Virus record (IMG/VR): IMGVR_UViG_3300037454_000906
Span: 189,118-253,117 of that record
Source of the DNA: a virus
Direction: 5' to 3' (one strand)
Length of the DNA: 64,000 nucleotides
Position 1 is the first letter of the stretch, and each line of letters opens with the position of its first letter. Position numbers and translations under genes: made by a program. Below are positions 1 to 9,753 of the stretch, piece by piece. Below the pieces are notes generated by a model. That model ran no database searches, was not told where the DNA came from, and saw nothing but the letters and a program-made list of their open reading frames with translations.

Positions 1-2795
1 GAATTTCCGTCGGCGTATTGGTCTTGCCCCGACGCGCGGATATAGTCAGGCAAATGCCTTGCCTTGATTTGCCATGCTGCGCCCGCCAACTTGTTATTGA
101 TTACCTCATCGGTAGGTTCGCCACTCGCCCTGGTCCACCCGCTTAGGAAGATGTCATGGAGGGAGCCAGGATATTCCGGGTTGGTGCCCATTCGAGAACT
201 TCTCGAGATCCCCGGTATCTTCTTGTACTCTCTGGCCAGACGCATCTTGCGGAAATCACTTGCCAGCATTTCCACCGCTTTCCTGGCCTGGCGCACCGGA
301 TTACTTGCCGCGTCACGGTAGCTTCCGCTGCCATCGGGAATCCGGATGCGCAGCTGGGAACCGACCAGGGACTTCTCCGCGCCGGAATTTTTCCGGGCAT
401 ACACGAGCGGCATCGTATCGGCGGTAAATCCGTAGCCGTTCTGCCCGCCGCCCACGTCGCCATACCCGAAGAACCCGACCGTATCGTTGAAGTCGATTAT
501 CTTCTTGTTCTCATGCCATATCATCGAGGATACGGAATGTTCCCCGAGGTCCCACTCGTCCGTCATCAGACGTTCCAGGTGGCGCATCTTGTGCCTGCCG
601 ACAATCGCCCACGGGAACGTATTCGTGGTAGTCGGGTAGACCGTGGCCACTACACGGCGACCGTCATCCACCAACGCCATGCGGCCAGTGTCGGAAAACG
701 TTGGGGAAAGAATCTTGTTGTATCGACCGATTCCATTGCCTTCGCCCATGTCACTGGACCCAAGCGTGGTCTCGTTGCGGGTGTGGAGGCCCATCAAAGT
801 CGACGTGCCCGTACCATAGAGCCGATTTGTTTCGCAGTCATCATTCGGATCAAGGTAAGCGACGCCGCAGATACGCATGCACCTGTCCCTCAGCCGGTTC
901 CCGTAAGGATAACCTTCAAGGTCCACGATGGTAACGTTTCCGGCCTCGTTAGTTTCCAGTGTACCCATCACGTCGGCATGGCGCGGGCAGTTACTGCCCC
1001 CATCCAGGGTGAATCTAATACGGATTCCGGTGGGGAGCGCGACACCGTCACGATCCACAAGAGGGGCGACATTATCACCGGTGATTTCGAAACTGCCAGT
1101 CGATGCCGGCGTTGATGTACCAAGATCCCATGAAAGGGAGCTCTCGCTAAACTTCCAGTTGCCGCTCAGGACATATACGCGCGGCTGGGAGACATACTCG
1201 TAGTATGCGCTGAGTTGCTTTACACGGTTTGCGACCGCGTCGCGTTCCACCCCGTTACCGAAAGCCTGACCGGGATTGATGATTGGCAAAGACACGGTGA
1301 CTTCAAATTCATCGCCATCGGGCGTGTCTATCGGAGCCGGAAGGTGGACATAAGTCTTTTTAAGATGGGGTTCGCCATCGCCTACATTCTTAAAGTCATT
1401 GTTTACGCAGATATGAATTCGATTGGATTCGCTGTGCCCAACAACCAGCCTACCGTCCCCGTCGCAGTCCGGGCACGGCGAACCATCGACTTCGCCGGTT
1501 CCGCCACATGTCTCGCATGTATCGTAGATGTCATGAACGAGCCCACCAACACAAGAAGCCGAATCAACCGGGCCGGAGCGCTGCCCGTCATTGTCGTACA
1601 AGCGGTTGGCGAACTTTTTCAAGAGGGTGATGTTGTTGTCCGTCTCCGCGGACGCATAGTTGCTGAACGTGGTAAACGGCCAGTCGCGCGGAATGGCGGT
1701 CGCATCATCGCGGTTAGTGGAGATGTTGAATACCGTCAGGGGGCGGTCCACCGGTAGGCCATCGCCTACAGGCTTTCTCCTGGGAGGGCACGTGTCGCCA
1801 TAATTGCACTCCCCGCTCGCGTAACCCCCAAGCCCAAATCCTTCGACGGTGACGGTATCGCCACCCTCATGGGCACTGCCGAGCTGGACGGGGCCGCATT
1901 CGACAAACCATCGGGTAAGCGCACCCGCTCCCGCAAGGTCGCCCGGACGAGAAAGCGGGTGTAGTGTGTTGCCAATCACCTCGCGCGTCTGCTCGGCCAC
2001 GCGCTCGGTAACCTCGCCGTCACTGTAACTATGCCTTACGTGACCGCATACCTGGCTGTTATCGAGCGATTCAACATGGTCATATGGATCCTCGCCCTCG
2101 GCAAAATTCTGACCCTTTACGCGCCCCACCGAAGCACGCCGGAACCAGGTACCGTTATCGACAGTATACAGCCCGTTCTCCGCGGGATTGTCCTGCCCCG
2201 TCAGCAATATGGCGGAATTCGGGATGGGCTGTTCCACCTTTATCCTATCCGGCCCAATACGCCCGTCAACTCGCTGCTCCTGCGGGTCGCCGCGTGGCAC
2301 GAACAACGTGGTGACATCGTGTTCCGAATCATACGTGCGACTGTCCACAGTGAAATCCACACCAAGCAAGCCAGTGACCGAGTAATCCTCGTAACCTGCA
2401 TTGGCAAACCGGAAAGCCGAGTCAAGCATTTCACCGGGGTTGCCGGGGACGGTGACCTTGTAGAAATCATTTTCGTCGCCCACGCACTCAAGACCGTTTA
2501 CCGGGATGAAGATCGAATTGCCCGACAGCGGTTTCACGTTCACCGGGATTTCGACGTATTCGCCAATCACGTAATTGGCATCCTCGACGGAAAAATTGGG
2601 TGACTGGGGGAACTCGGGGTTACCCCTGGACAGACACTCCACCGAATCGCCACATACGTTGGTATTCGGGAACCCGAGCGGATCGATCGGGTATATGCCA
2701 TGGGAATCGGCTGTACGGGCCTCGACCGGATCAAGCGAGGGCGAAGTCACGTACTCGTGGATGGTAGTCTTGTCCGTATTTACAAAATCGCTCAT
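1..2795 (-). CDS. Large tail/baseplate structural protein, runs off the window at its 3' end (>930 aa)
   Basis: Missing from the ORF track (no stop in window). ATG at 2795 after GGAGG, reads MSDFVNTDKTTIHEYVTSPSLDP...; contains tail-fibre motif LLTGQDNPAENGLYTVDNGTWFR; still in frame at the window edge (WQIKARHLPDYIRA). Frame spot-checked, not read codon by codon; plus-strand ORFs 156-1115, 1215-1757, 2031-2603 are its in-register shadows. Confidence 0.75.
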   Translation of the reverse strand, partial: MSDFVNTDKTTIHEYVTSPSLDPVEARTADSHGIYPIDPLGFPNTNVCGDSVECLSRGNPEFPQSPNFSVEDANYVIGEYVEIPVNVKPLSGNSIFIPVNGLECVGDENDFYKVTVPGNPGEMLDSAFRFANAGYEDYSVTGLLGVDFTVDSRTYDSEHDVTTLFVPRGDPQEQRVDGRIGPDRIKVEQPIPNSAILLTGQDNPAENGLYTVDNGTWFRRASVGRVKGQNFAEGEDPYDHVESLDNSQVCGHVRHSYSDGEVTERVAEQTREVIGNTLHPLSRPGDLAGAGALTRWFVECGPVQLGSAHEGGDTVTVEGFGLGGYASGECNYGDTCPPRRKPVGDGLPVDRPLTVFNISTNRDDATAIPRDWPFTTFSNYASAETDNNITLLKKFANRLYDNDGQRSGPVDSASCVGGLVHDIYDTCETCGGTGEVDGSPCPDCDGDGRLVVGHSESNRIHICVNNDFKNVGDGEPHLKKTYVHLPAPIDTPDGDEFEVTVSLPIINPGQAFGNGVERDAVANRVKQLSAYYEYVSQPRVYVLSGNWKFSESSLSWDLGTSTPASTGSFEITGDNVAPLVDRDGVALPTGIRIRFTLDGGSNCPRHADVMGTLETNEAGNVTIVDLEGYPYGNRLRDRCMRICGVAYLDPNDDCETNRLYGTGTSTLMGLHTRNETTLGSSDMGEGNGIGRYNKILSPTFSDTGRMALVDDGRRVVATVYPTTTNTFPWAIVGRHKMRHLERLMTDEWDLGEHSVSSMIWHENKKIIDFNDTVGFFGYGDVGGGQNGYGFTADTMPLVYARKNSGAEKSLVGSQLRIRIPDGSGSYRDAASNPVRQARKAVEMLASDFRKMRLAREYKKIPGISRSSRMGTNPEYPGSLHDIFLSGWTRASGEPTDEVINNKLAGAAWQIKARHLPDYIRASGQDQYADGN

Positions 2796-2803
2796 CAGGC
2801 CTC

Positions 2804-4735
2804 CTACCCGATCATGTTGCGGTACTCGTCATCAACCAGGACCGGCGACATGTCATATGTCGAGAACGGGTCTTGCACCAGAGGGAACCCGGCGGTCTCG
2901 ACGCCATAGGTGTTGCTCGAACGGTCGGACGGGTCAACGAATCCGCCGGGTGACAGGAATATGCAATCGGGCAGCTGATAGTACCCGTACTGCTTCCACG
3001 ACTTGTCCTCTTCCGAATACACGAACTTGGCTTTCACCAGGACGGGGCGATTTGGGACGGCGATGTTCTCGGCGAACACATAGAAGTTCGTAAGTCGAGC
3101 CATGCTGAATTTGGCAATCGGCGTGCCTCGGCAAGCGAGATTGCTCCGACGTGGCACGCTGTACACATATATCTGGGCCTTGTTGATGATGAGGTCCGCG
3201 GTCTCATGTCCATTATATGCCGGATTGGGCCATATGCGGAACAGAAACTCGAACGTCTGCCCATCCCGAGGATATACCAACTTTCCATCATACGTCGACT
3301 CTACCGGCAAGTGCACCGCAAGTCCCTGGTCCAGGTCCGGCCCATCGTAGTTCACTATGTTGCACTGCTTGCAATCCGGGTTGGCGTGGTCGAACACCAT
3401 GATGGCGGTGTAATCCTGCAATTCCGTTGCACCCTTGGCCGGATCGGTCCTGTAATTGTGGCCAGACGACCACTTTGCGGTCGTGCCCGGCCATTCGGCA
3501 TAGTTCGACGTATCTAATATGGCGACTCCCCCGTTCTCGCCTGTCGGGGCGCCGACAATGCGCACGTTAGGCAGCACGTATACTTCCGGGGTCTGGTCCG
3601 GGTACCCGGCGCCTACCCTGTACAGCATGATGCTGTCGATGTCCGTGGTGGCGGTCCACCTGATGGCGGAAGTCTTCGAAAACGCCGGGGAAACCTGGAT
3701 AGGTAGCACGGGTTCAGGGCTCCAGCCGTCATTGTAGCTTCGGTCGCCGTTCGAATCGATTTCGTACGGAGGATATCCGTACTGCGTATCGCTTCCCGTG
3801 TAGATGAACAATTCGGCACAGGTAAAGTCATTGGCATACCCAGGCTGCCCTATTGCAGGATCATACAGGTATGCCCTGCCGTGCTTCAATGACACGGTAC
3901 CGCCTTCGCGGGTGCCGAACACGTCACAGAAGTATTCCCATCCGCTGCCAGAATTTCCGGGAGCGGAATGACCGAGCGTGCCCGTTGGGCGGTACACCTT
4001 CCCGGCATGAATGACGAACAGATACTTCTCGGTGTCTTGATTCATGTACCCGGTAGTCCGGTTGATGCTCCACTTTTCGAATACCGCCTCCGTGTTGCTT
4101 TCGGTCGCCGCGGGGTCCAACACTATTGTATCGTTGGAAGCTATCGGCGACTTGACCCAACGGACACGATGATACCCGTTCGGATACTCGATGCAAATGA
4201 ACTGCCCCTTGACATAATCGGTTGTCGCGGCAACGCCCACGTTACCAAGTATGCTGCCCCCGCTTTCGCTGTTGACGCTCAGGTTTCCCTGGGTTACACT
4301 GAGGACTTCCTCGATATACTTCTCGGGATACATTACAGCCGTGGCGAACAACTTCCACGACGAACCAGCGCCCTCAACAACATTGGCCCTGATGTCCAAC
4401 TTGTCGTTGTAATAGGGGTCACCCGAAATCATGGCCCCGACGGGGTACCTGAGACCATAGGAGAATGCGCCTTCCCCCGAATCCGGATCCGCCCCGTTAA
4501 CGCCGCGCCCCTCGACCGAGTTCCTGGTAGGGAATGTATAGTCGACAAAACCGGGATCGGTGTCACACATGAGCCTGGCCGTGACAGTCTTCAGCTTGCT
4601 GCTGTTCCATTCGACCAACGCATTGAGAATCGACTGATAGTTGAAGCGGGCCTTGGACAGGTCAGCGGTCAGGTGTTCAAGCGGGTTGATATCGCGAATG
4701 TTGAATGTCCCGACATTTACTGTTTGATTGGGCAT
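2804..4735 (-). CDS. Tail-associated structural protein (643 aa)
   Basis: Long G/Y/D/T-rich ORF packed 8-12 bp from both neighbours in the tail operon. Confidence 0.6.
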   Translation of the reverse strand: MPNQTVNVGTFNIRDINPLEHLTADLSKARFNYQSILNALVEWNSSKLKTVTARLMCDTDPGFVDYTFPTRNSVEGRGVNGADPDSGEGAFSYGLRYPVGAMISGDPYYNDKLDIRANVVEGAGSSWKLFATAVMYPEKYIEEVLSVTQGNLSVNSESGGSILGNVGVAATTDYVKGQFICIEYPNGYHRVRWVKSPIASNDTIVLDPAATESNTEAVFEKWSINRTTGYMNQDTEKYLFVIHAGKVYRPTGTLGHSAPGNSGSGWEYFCDVFGTREGGTVSLKHGRAYLYDPAIGQPGYANDFTCAELFIYTGSDTQYGYPPYEIDSNGDRSYNDGWSPEPVLPIQVSPAFSKTSAIRWTATTDIDSIMLYRVGAGYPDQTPEVYVLPNVRIVGAPTGENGGVAILDTSNYAEWPGTTAKWSSGHNYRTDPAKGATELQDYTAIMVFDHANPDCKQCNIVNYDGPDLDQGLAVHLPVESTYDGKLVYPRDGQTFEFLFRIWPNPAYNGHETADLIINKAQIYVYSVPRRSNLACRGTPIAKFSMARLTNFYVFAENIAVPNRPVLVKAKFVYSEEDKSWKQYGYYQLPDCIFLSPGGFVDPSDRSSNTYGVETAGFPLVQDPFSTYDMSPVLVDDEYRNMIG

Positions 4736-4747
4736 CTAATGTTCTCC

Positions 4748-7700
4748 CTAAATTGTCCCAACGAGGGTTATCGGTACCTTGGTTCCGGCGACCGCGTTCG
4801 GGTCCGGACTCTTGATGAGGAAGTCGTACATGTAGGCGCTGTCATAGTCCGTGTCATCAATCGTAAACGTCTTGCCAATGACCCTCGATATGGTGCATGA
4901 CACCGAGACGCCACCCAATCCTGCGCCATTCAAGATGAGGCTGCCCGTGATCCCAAGCTCGGCGCACGGATCCCTGTATGAGACCACCAAGACTTCGCTG
5001 AACTTGTCAGGGGTACCCGGCATGTCCACGATGATACCTGCCGATACCGTGGAACCATATCGTTTCAATGAAATGCAATTGGGGCTGTCGTCGGATGCAA
5101 GGATACCCGGTGTATGGGAACCTGATTCCGGTTGAATTGCAAACCTGGAGCCACTGATGTTCCCAAAGTAGCCACTCATACCGGTGGATGTACCCGCGAA
5201 AATGTCCGCCTCATGGAACGTCCCCGCATCAAACGTCGGTGGCCTGTAATCGATGTTGTCCGCGGAACTATTGGCCAGTGTCCTGCTGAACGTCTTGCGC
5301 ACGGAATCATACTGGATGTAAGAAATGTACGAAACCGGCCTGGAATGCTCGACATCGCTCAGATAAGCCAGTTCTTCCGCGACATAGGTCTCCTTCGGCA
5401 TGACACCATTGTTGCCCGTGCCGTAAATGAAAGAGTTGATGAACTTCGGGTGCGGCGGATTGGCAATATCGTCCGACCGGACTTGTCCCGGAAGCACGAG
5501 ACACGAGACATCGTATCCGCGATCCCCGGATTGGTTGACGTAAGATACCGCGGAGTTGATGATGTGCAACCCGCGACCCTGATTGGATTCCCATCCACCG
5601 CGCACCTTGCTCGGAAGATTGATGCGACCGGAGGACGGCGTGTGTCCCGGCTTCCAATCGTTTTGACCGTAGAAGAACCCGCTCCGCGCAATTACGTTCG
5701 GGTAGTCAACCGCATGTCCGTTCTGCATGAATGCGTCACTGTACCGGTTGTGCATGTCGTGGTACACCCAGAACGACCGCGCCTCATCCGTTGCAGTCAA
5801 GGCGCCCCATGTCTGGCCGTTCAGGAACAGGCCCTTGAACGTGCTGGAAATATAGCCGCTGTTGTGGAACGACATCATGCGATCTTCGTTCGTATTACGG
5901 AGTTCCATCCCGTTTTCGGAGTAGATTGCAATCCCGTTACCTTCGCCCACACGGAGCGGACCTTGCTCCAACAGGGCCTCGTATGTATGCCTTGCACCGA
6001 CGTAACTTCCCGCCGTGATGACCATCGTACCGGCCATGGATTCAAGTCGGGTAGTGACATCAAACCGGCTGGACAGATAGCTGGAGCCACTGCGCACGAA
6101 GGTAAGGTTGTTCTCGTGCGTACCGTCGCGGCTTTCAAGGCTGATCTTTGTACGGGTGTCATTGGCCACGACATATCCGCTGAATTCGCCCGTGTGGCTG
6201 TGGCGGAGCCATGCGCCGTCCATGGCGTAAAGCGCATCATAATCACGATACATCTTGTTGCCATAGTCACTCATGCCAATCATGGCGGCCCGGTCGGCTG
6301 TCTGCAAATAGCTATAACCCTGGGCGACCACGAGGCCGTTCCTGCGGAATGCCTTGTTTCCGACATAGGACGAGCCGATACCGACAATGAACTTGGCATC
6401 ACGGTTGCCCGCGTTCATCTGGCCGACAACAGTCTGGTTCACACCGGATGTAAACGTATGGTAGTTGAGCGCATTGGATGAATGTCCGGGGCGCTTGGTC
6501 ACGGTAGGTCCAAGGGAACCATTATAGGCCATCTCGCGAACGTTGACCTCGTAGCGGGAAATCTTGCCGCCGTTCACCCACATGGACTCGAATGTTTCGC
6601 CCCTGGGGATATTGCCGTCAAGTTGCACCAGGTAGTCCCCGTTGGAACGGGAAATGCCGGTAACCTTGAAGGTGAGCGGCTTGAAGGCATAACCTTTCGT
6701 GTCGGTTGCCTTGTACGTGCGATTGCCTTCCTTCCTCGTCTGGGCATACACGATTACCGTGTCACCGCGTTCGATGTTTATGTCCCAGAAACCTTCGGAA
6801 ACAAGCGATGCATAAGAGATGCGGACCGTGTTGCGGCCCTCGCCCTCGAGTACGCCTGTACTACCTTCGGTGACAACGCACTTGCCGGCAACCCTGTCCT
6901 CGATAGCTTCGCAGTCCACCACCGTGACCCCGGACTCGGGTTCCTCGATCGTGAAATCGTATGCAAAATCGCCGGCGACCGTATCCATGTTGCCTGCCAT
7001 GGAGTTGGGCGCGATGGAATCGACCCTCATGCCGAACGACACGGAATTCTGGCCGGCTGTCGTGTTGATGTAACCACTCAGTATGGCCGACTGGGGCCCG
7101 AGCGCAAGATTGTGATATCCGCCGATGATGGCGCTATCCGCTCCGTATGCGATGTCGTTGAAACCGCCCAGGGTGACAGAGCGCTCACCGAGCGGGTAGG
7201 ATTCCCTGCCAAACGACATCCCGTACTTGTGCCCAAGAAAATTATCAAGCCGGCGGCTCGGGTTGGAATGGTAGCCGAGCATAATGCGCGGAGCGGTGAC
7301 TTCGAGGGTTTCGTCAATGTCCCACAGCCAGCTGCGACCGCCGCCCACGTGGTCCTCCCCGTCACCCGGCATGCCGGTTATGCCGATCTTGTTGTAGCCG
7401 CTCGGGAACAGGTACGTCTCGTACTGGGAGAAGCTCTTGGTGGAAAGGTCAGCATCATACAGTGGGGTACGGAGATTGAGCGGGATTGGCGCCGAGTTCG
7501 TCACGAGTTTCGGAGAAGCCGAGTCGCGGACGAGCCCGGTCCAGTAATCATCGCTGGTATTGTCCTTGTTGCTGGTAACGAGATATAGAATCTTGGAATG
7601 GGTCACCACCGCCTTGGTCACCGGGCGCCCATCCCCCTTCCACTTCGAGTCACAGATGAGCAGGATGGACGAGAACTCGTCGGGATCGGATGTATACGGG

Positions 7701-7915
7701 GCATACCCGCACGTCCCGTTGGCCCACGACTGGTAAAAGTCATACAGTCGGTAGATATCCGTCCGGTCGAGCGTCAGGCTGAGCCCAAAACGCTTTACCG
7801 TGTACCCGTTGGAGGAGCCAGCCGCGATACATGAGCGCACCAGGGCGTTAAGCACCGCACGTGAGTTGAAAGTTAGAGCATCAATCTGCTTGGTCAACTT
7901 GTACATCGAGTCCAT
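4748..7915 (-). CDS. Tail fibre/adhesin-like protein with YadA-head-like repeats (1055 aa)
   Basis: Repeats SVTLGGFNDIAYGADSAIIGGYHNLALGPQSAILSGYINTTAGQNSVSFG and TVVGQMN...KFIVGIG, typical of trimeric beta-roll fibre heads. Confidence 0.65.
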   Translation of the reverse strand: MDSMYKLTKQIDALTFNSRAVLNALVRSCIAAGSSNGYTVKRFGLSLTLDRTDIYRLYDFYQSWANGTCGYAPYTSDPDEFSSILLICDSKWKGDGRPVTKAVVTHSKILYLVTSNKDNTSDDYWTGLVRDSASPKLVTNSAPIPLNLRTPLYDADLSTKSFSQYETYLFPSGYNKIGITGMPGDGEDHVGGGRSWLWDIDETLEVTAPRIMLGYHSNPSRRLDNFLGHKYGMSFGRESYPLGERSVTLGGFNDIAYGADSAIIGGYHNLALGPQSAILSGYINTTAGQNSVSFGMRVDSIAPNSMAGNMDTVAGDFAYDFTIEEPESGVTVVDCEAIEDRVAGKCVVTEGSTGVLEGEGRNTVRISYASLVSEGFWDINIERGDTVIVYAQTRKEGNRTYKATDTKGYAFKPLTFKVTGISRSNGDYLVQLDGNIPRGETFESMWVNGGKISRYEVNVREMAYNGSLGPTVTKRPGHSSNALNYHTFTSGVNQTVVGQMNAGNRDAKFIVGIGSSYVGNKAFRRNGLVVAQGYSYLQTADRAAMIGMSDYGNKMYRDYDALYAMDGAWLRHSHTGEFSGYVVANDTRTKISLESRDGTHENNLTFVRSGSSYLSSRFDVTTRLESMAGTMVITAGSYVGARHTYEALLEQGPLRVGEGNGIAIYSENGMELRNTNEDRMMSFHNSGYISSTFKGLFLNGQTWGALTATDEARSFWVYHDMHNRYSDAFMQNGHAVDYPNVIARSGFFYGQNDWKPGHTPSSGRINLPSKVRGGWESNQGRGLHIINSAVSYVNQSGDRGYDVSCLVLPGQVRSDDIANPPHPKFINSFIYGTGNNGVMPKETYVAEELAYLSDVEHSRPVSYISYIQYDSVRKTFSRTLANSSADNIDYRPPTFDAGTFHEADIFAGTSTGMSGYFGNISGSRFAIQPESGSHTPGILASDDSPNCISLKRYGSTVSAGIIVDMPGTPDKFSEVLVVSYRDPCAELGITGSLILNGAGLGGVSVSCTISRVIGKTFTIDDTDYDSAYMYDFLIKSPDPNAVAGTKVPITLVGTI

Positions 7916-7940
7916 TGCAAACCACCGTTAAATTTTAATT

Positions 7941-7980
7941 AAAATGCCCGTATCCGAGCCTTGTGAGCGGTATACGGGCA
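7941..7980 (-). terminator. Hairpin with T-tract in the tail-fibre leader
   Basis: Arms TGCCCGTAT (7945-7953) and ATACGGGCA (7972-7980), followed on the minus strand by TTTTAATT. Confidence 0.55.
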
Positions 7981-8000
7981 AACGTGACTCCTGCGCTACA

Positions 8001-8007
8001 GCTTATA
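8001..8007 (-). promoter_or_regulatory. Late promoter variant TATAAGC
   Basis: Match to the recurrent motif, intergenic, facing 4748-7915. Confidence 0.5.
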
Positions 8008-8021
8008 TGTTTCGGGAGCCC

Positions 8022-9167
8022 CTAAATGGCGAAAGTTCCGAACCTGTCGTAAGCCGGGCCTAGCCTACCCGTGCCGCAGTTCGCCATGCCCATGAACCCG
8101 CCGTCATCGACGTGCTCGAGGGGCATCGGTTCCGCGTTCCGCAAGTTGTAGATATCCTGGCGTTCGATGGCCACATCAACGTTGTTGATAAGACTATCGA
8201 TGTACCTGCGGTCGTAAATCTTGCGACTGTGCCACAGGGTGGTCCTGTCATTCCCATTCAGCTTGTTCACCTGAAGGAGACACTTCTTCGCGAGGTCGTA
8301 GTTCTTCGAAATGAAGTTGTATCTCGCACGGTAGAAATACCCCTCCGGCCTGTCCGGGAATTCCTCGATCATCTGCATCGCACGCGCCCCCAGCTCTTCA
8401 AGGTCAGGGACGCCCATCAGGTATATTTCGCAAATCGTTTCAAGCGACTTGAAGCGATTCTCGTTCAACACCTGCGGAAACTCGTCAACCACGACAGAAT
8501 ACCATTCGGCGGCCTTACCGAGATCCTTCAGGTCCTTGTAGGAGTTGCCCAGGTAGAACGCGTCGCGCTGCGTGCGGTTCATTTTCCAGGACTTTTCCAG
8601 GGCAAGCAGGTTCCTGCGCGTGTCACGGGTTGCCTTGTAGTTCTCGAATACAATCTTCGTGCGGATGTCGTTGGCCCCGTTTCTATCCGTCTTGTCCACC
8701 ATCATCTCATGGATCATGCCGGTGAAATGCGCCTTCTCCCGTTTCAGGATACGCAATCTCGGGAACTGGAACGTCTTGGACACCTTCGTATCCATAGCTA
8801 TCGCGGCATCAGGGTTTTTCGCGACAATCGCCTCGAATTCCCGCCTGGCATCCTTTCCGTCTTTGAGGATGTCGTTGGCATCGACCCACATCACGTAATC
8901 GCAATGGGCGAGAGAGATGGCGTAGTTCTTCGCCGCGCCGAAATCGAATATGCCGTCCTCGTCGTGGAATTTGCCCCCAACTTCCTCATGCACGAACCCG
9001 GGGTTGCCGTGCTTGGTACGCCATTGCTTCACCAGCTCGATGGTGCCGTCTGTCGAGCCGGTGTCCACTATGACGTATTCGTTCGCCATGGGGAGCAGCG
9101 CATCGAGGCACTTCAATATGCTCGCCTTGGCATTCTTGACTACGATGCAAGCGCTCAGTGTGGCCAT
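8022..9167 (-). CDS. Glycosyltransferase family 2 with C-terminal TPR repeats (381 aa)
   Basis: LSACIVVKN, VIVDTGSTDGT, FDFGAAKNYAI, WVDAND, FTGMIHE motifs; TPR-like helices DAFYLGNSYKDLKDLGKAAEWY and PEGYFYRARYNFISKNYDLAKKCL. Confidence 0.9.
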   Translation of the reverse strand: MATLSACIVVKNAKASILKCLDALLPMANEYVIVDTGSTDGTIELVKQWRTKHGNPGFVHEEVGGKFHDEDGIFDFGAAKNYAISLAHCDYVMWVDANDILKDGKDARREFEAIVAKNPDAAIAMDTKVSKTFQFPRLRILKREKAHFTGMIHEMMVDKTDRNGANDIRTKIVFENYKATRDTRRNLLALEKSWKMNRTQRDAFYLGNSYKDLKDLGKAAEWYSVVVDEFPQVLNENRFKSLETICEIYLMGVPDLEELGARAMQMIEEFPDRPEGYFYRARYNFISKNYDLAKKCLLQVNKLNGNDRTTLWHSRKIYDRRYIDSLINNVDVAIERQDIYNLRNAEPMPLEHVDDGGFMGMANCGTGRLGPAYDRFGTFAI

Positions 9168-9171
9168 CGGG

Positions 9172-9702
9172 TTAGTCCCTCACGATACCGGCGCCGTCGT
9201 TGAAGAGAATGTTCCAGACGTACCAGTCGTTGTTGAAGAACAATTTTTCCCAGATGTGATTCGCATCATCCTTGACGACGATATTCGGGAGTTCCGCCGG
9301 CGTGATGGTACGGAGGTCGACCTCGACAGATTCGTTCAGCGTTTCAACGCGGGCCTTGACGATCTCATTCTGGGCCTTGATGGCATCGGCATACGGTTCT
9401 GCAAATTTTTCAATCTGCTTGTCAAGGTCGGCCCGCTGCTCGGGAGTAAGTTTAGCCTCGTCCGCCGCATTGCGGATTCCTGCATCGAAGCGGATTTTCC
9501 TGCGACCTGCCTCGTACTCAAGGAACTTGGGATCGTCGGGGAATCCCTCGCCGATTTCCTTCCATTCCTCGTAGCACCTCTTCAGATTGACGGAGAACGC
9601 ATAGCGCACCTTGCAGGAAATTGGGCCATCGAACACGATGTCGGCGTTCATAAGGACCTTGCGGAGTTCAAGAAGATAACCCCTCTTCACGCTCATTTTC
9701 AT
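9172..9702 (-). CDS. Helical phage protein, DUF1617-like / possible fibre chaperone (176 aa)
   Basis: ISCKVRYAFSVNLKR...LNESVEVDLRTI pattern recalls small helical proteins found beside phage tail genes; SD-like GAGG upstream. Confidence 0.4.
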   Translation of the reverse strand: MKMSVKRGYLLELRKVLMNADIVFDGPISCKVRYAFSVNLKRCYEEWKEIGEGFPDDPKFLEYEAGRRKIRFDAGIRNAADEAKLTPEQRADLDKQIEKFAEPYADAIKAQNEIVKARVETLNESVEVDLRTITPAELPNIVVKDDANHIWEKLFFNNDWYVWNILFNDGAGIVRD

Positions 9703-9753
9703 AAAAACTGCCTCGTTTGATACATAGTTTGACAGTGGGAAACTAGTTCAAAA

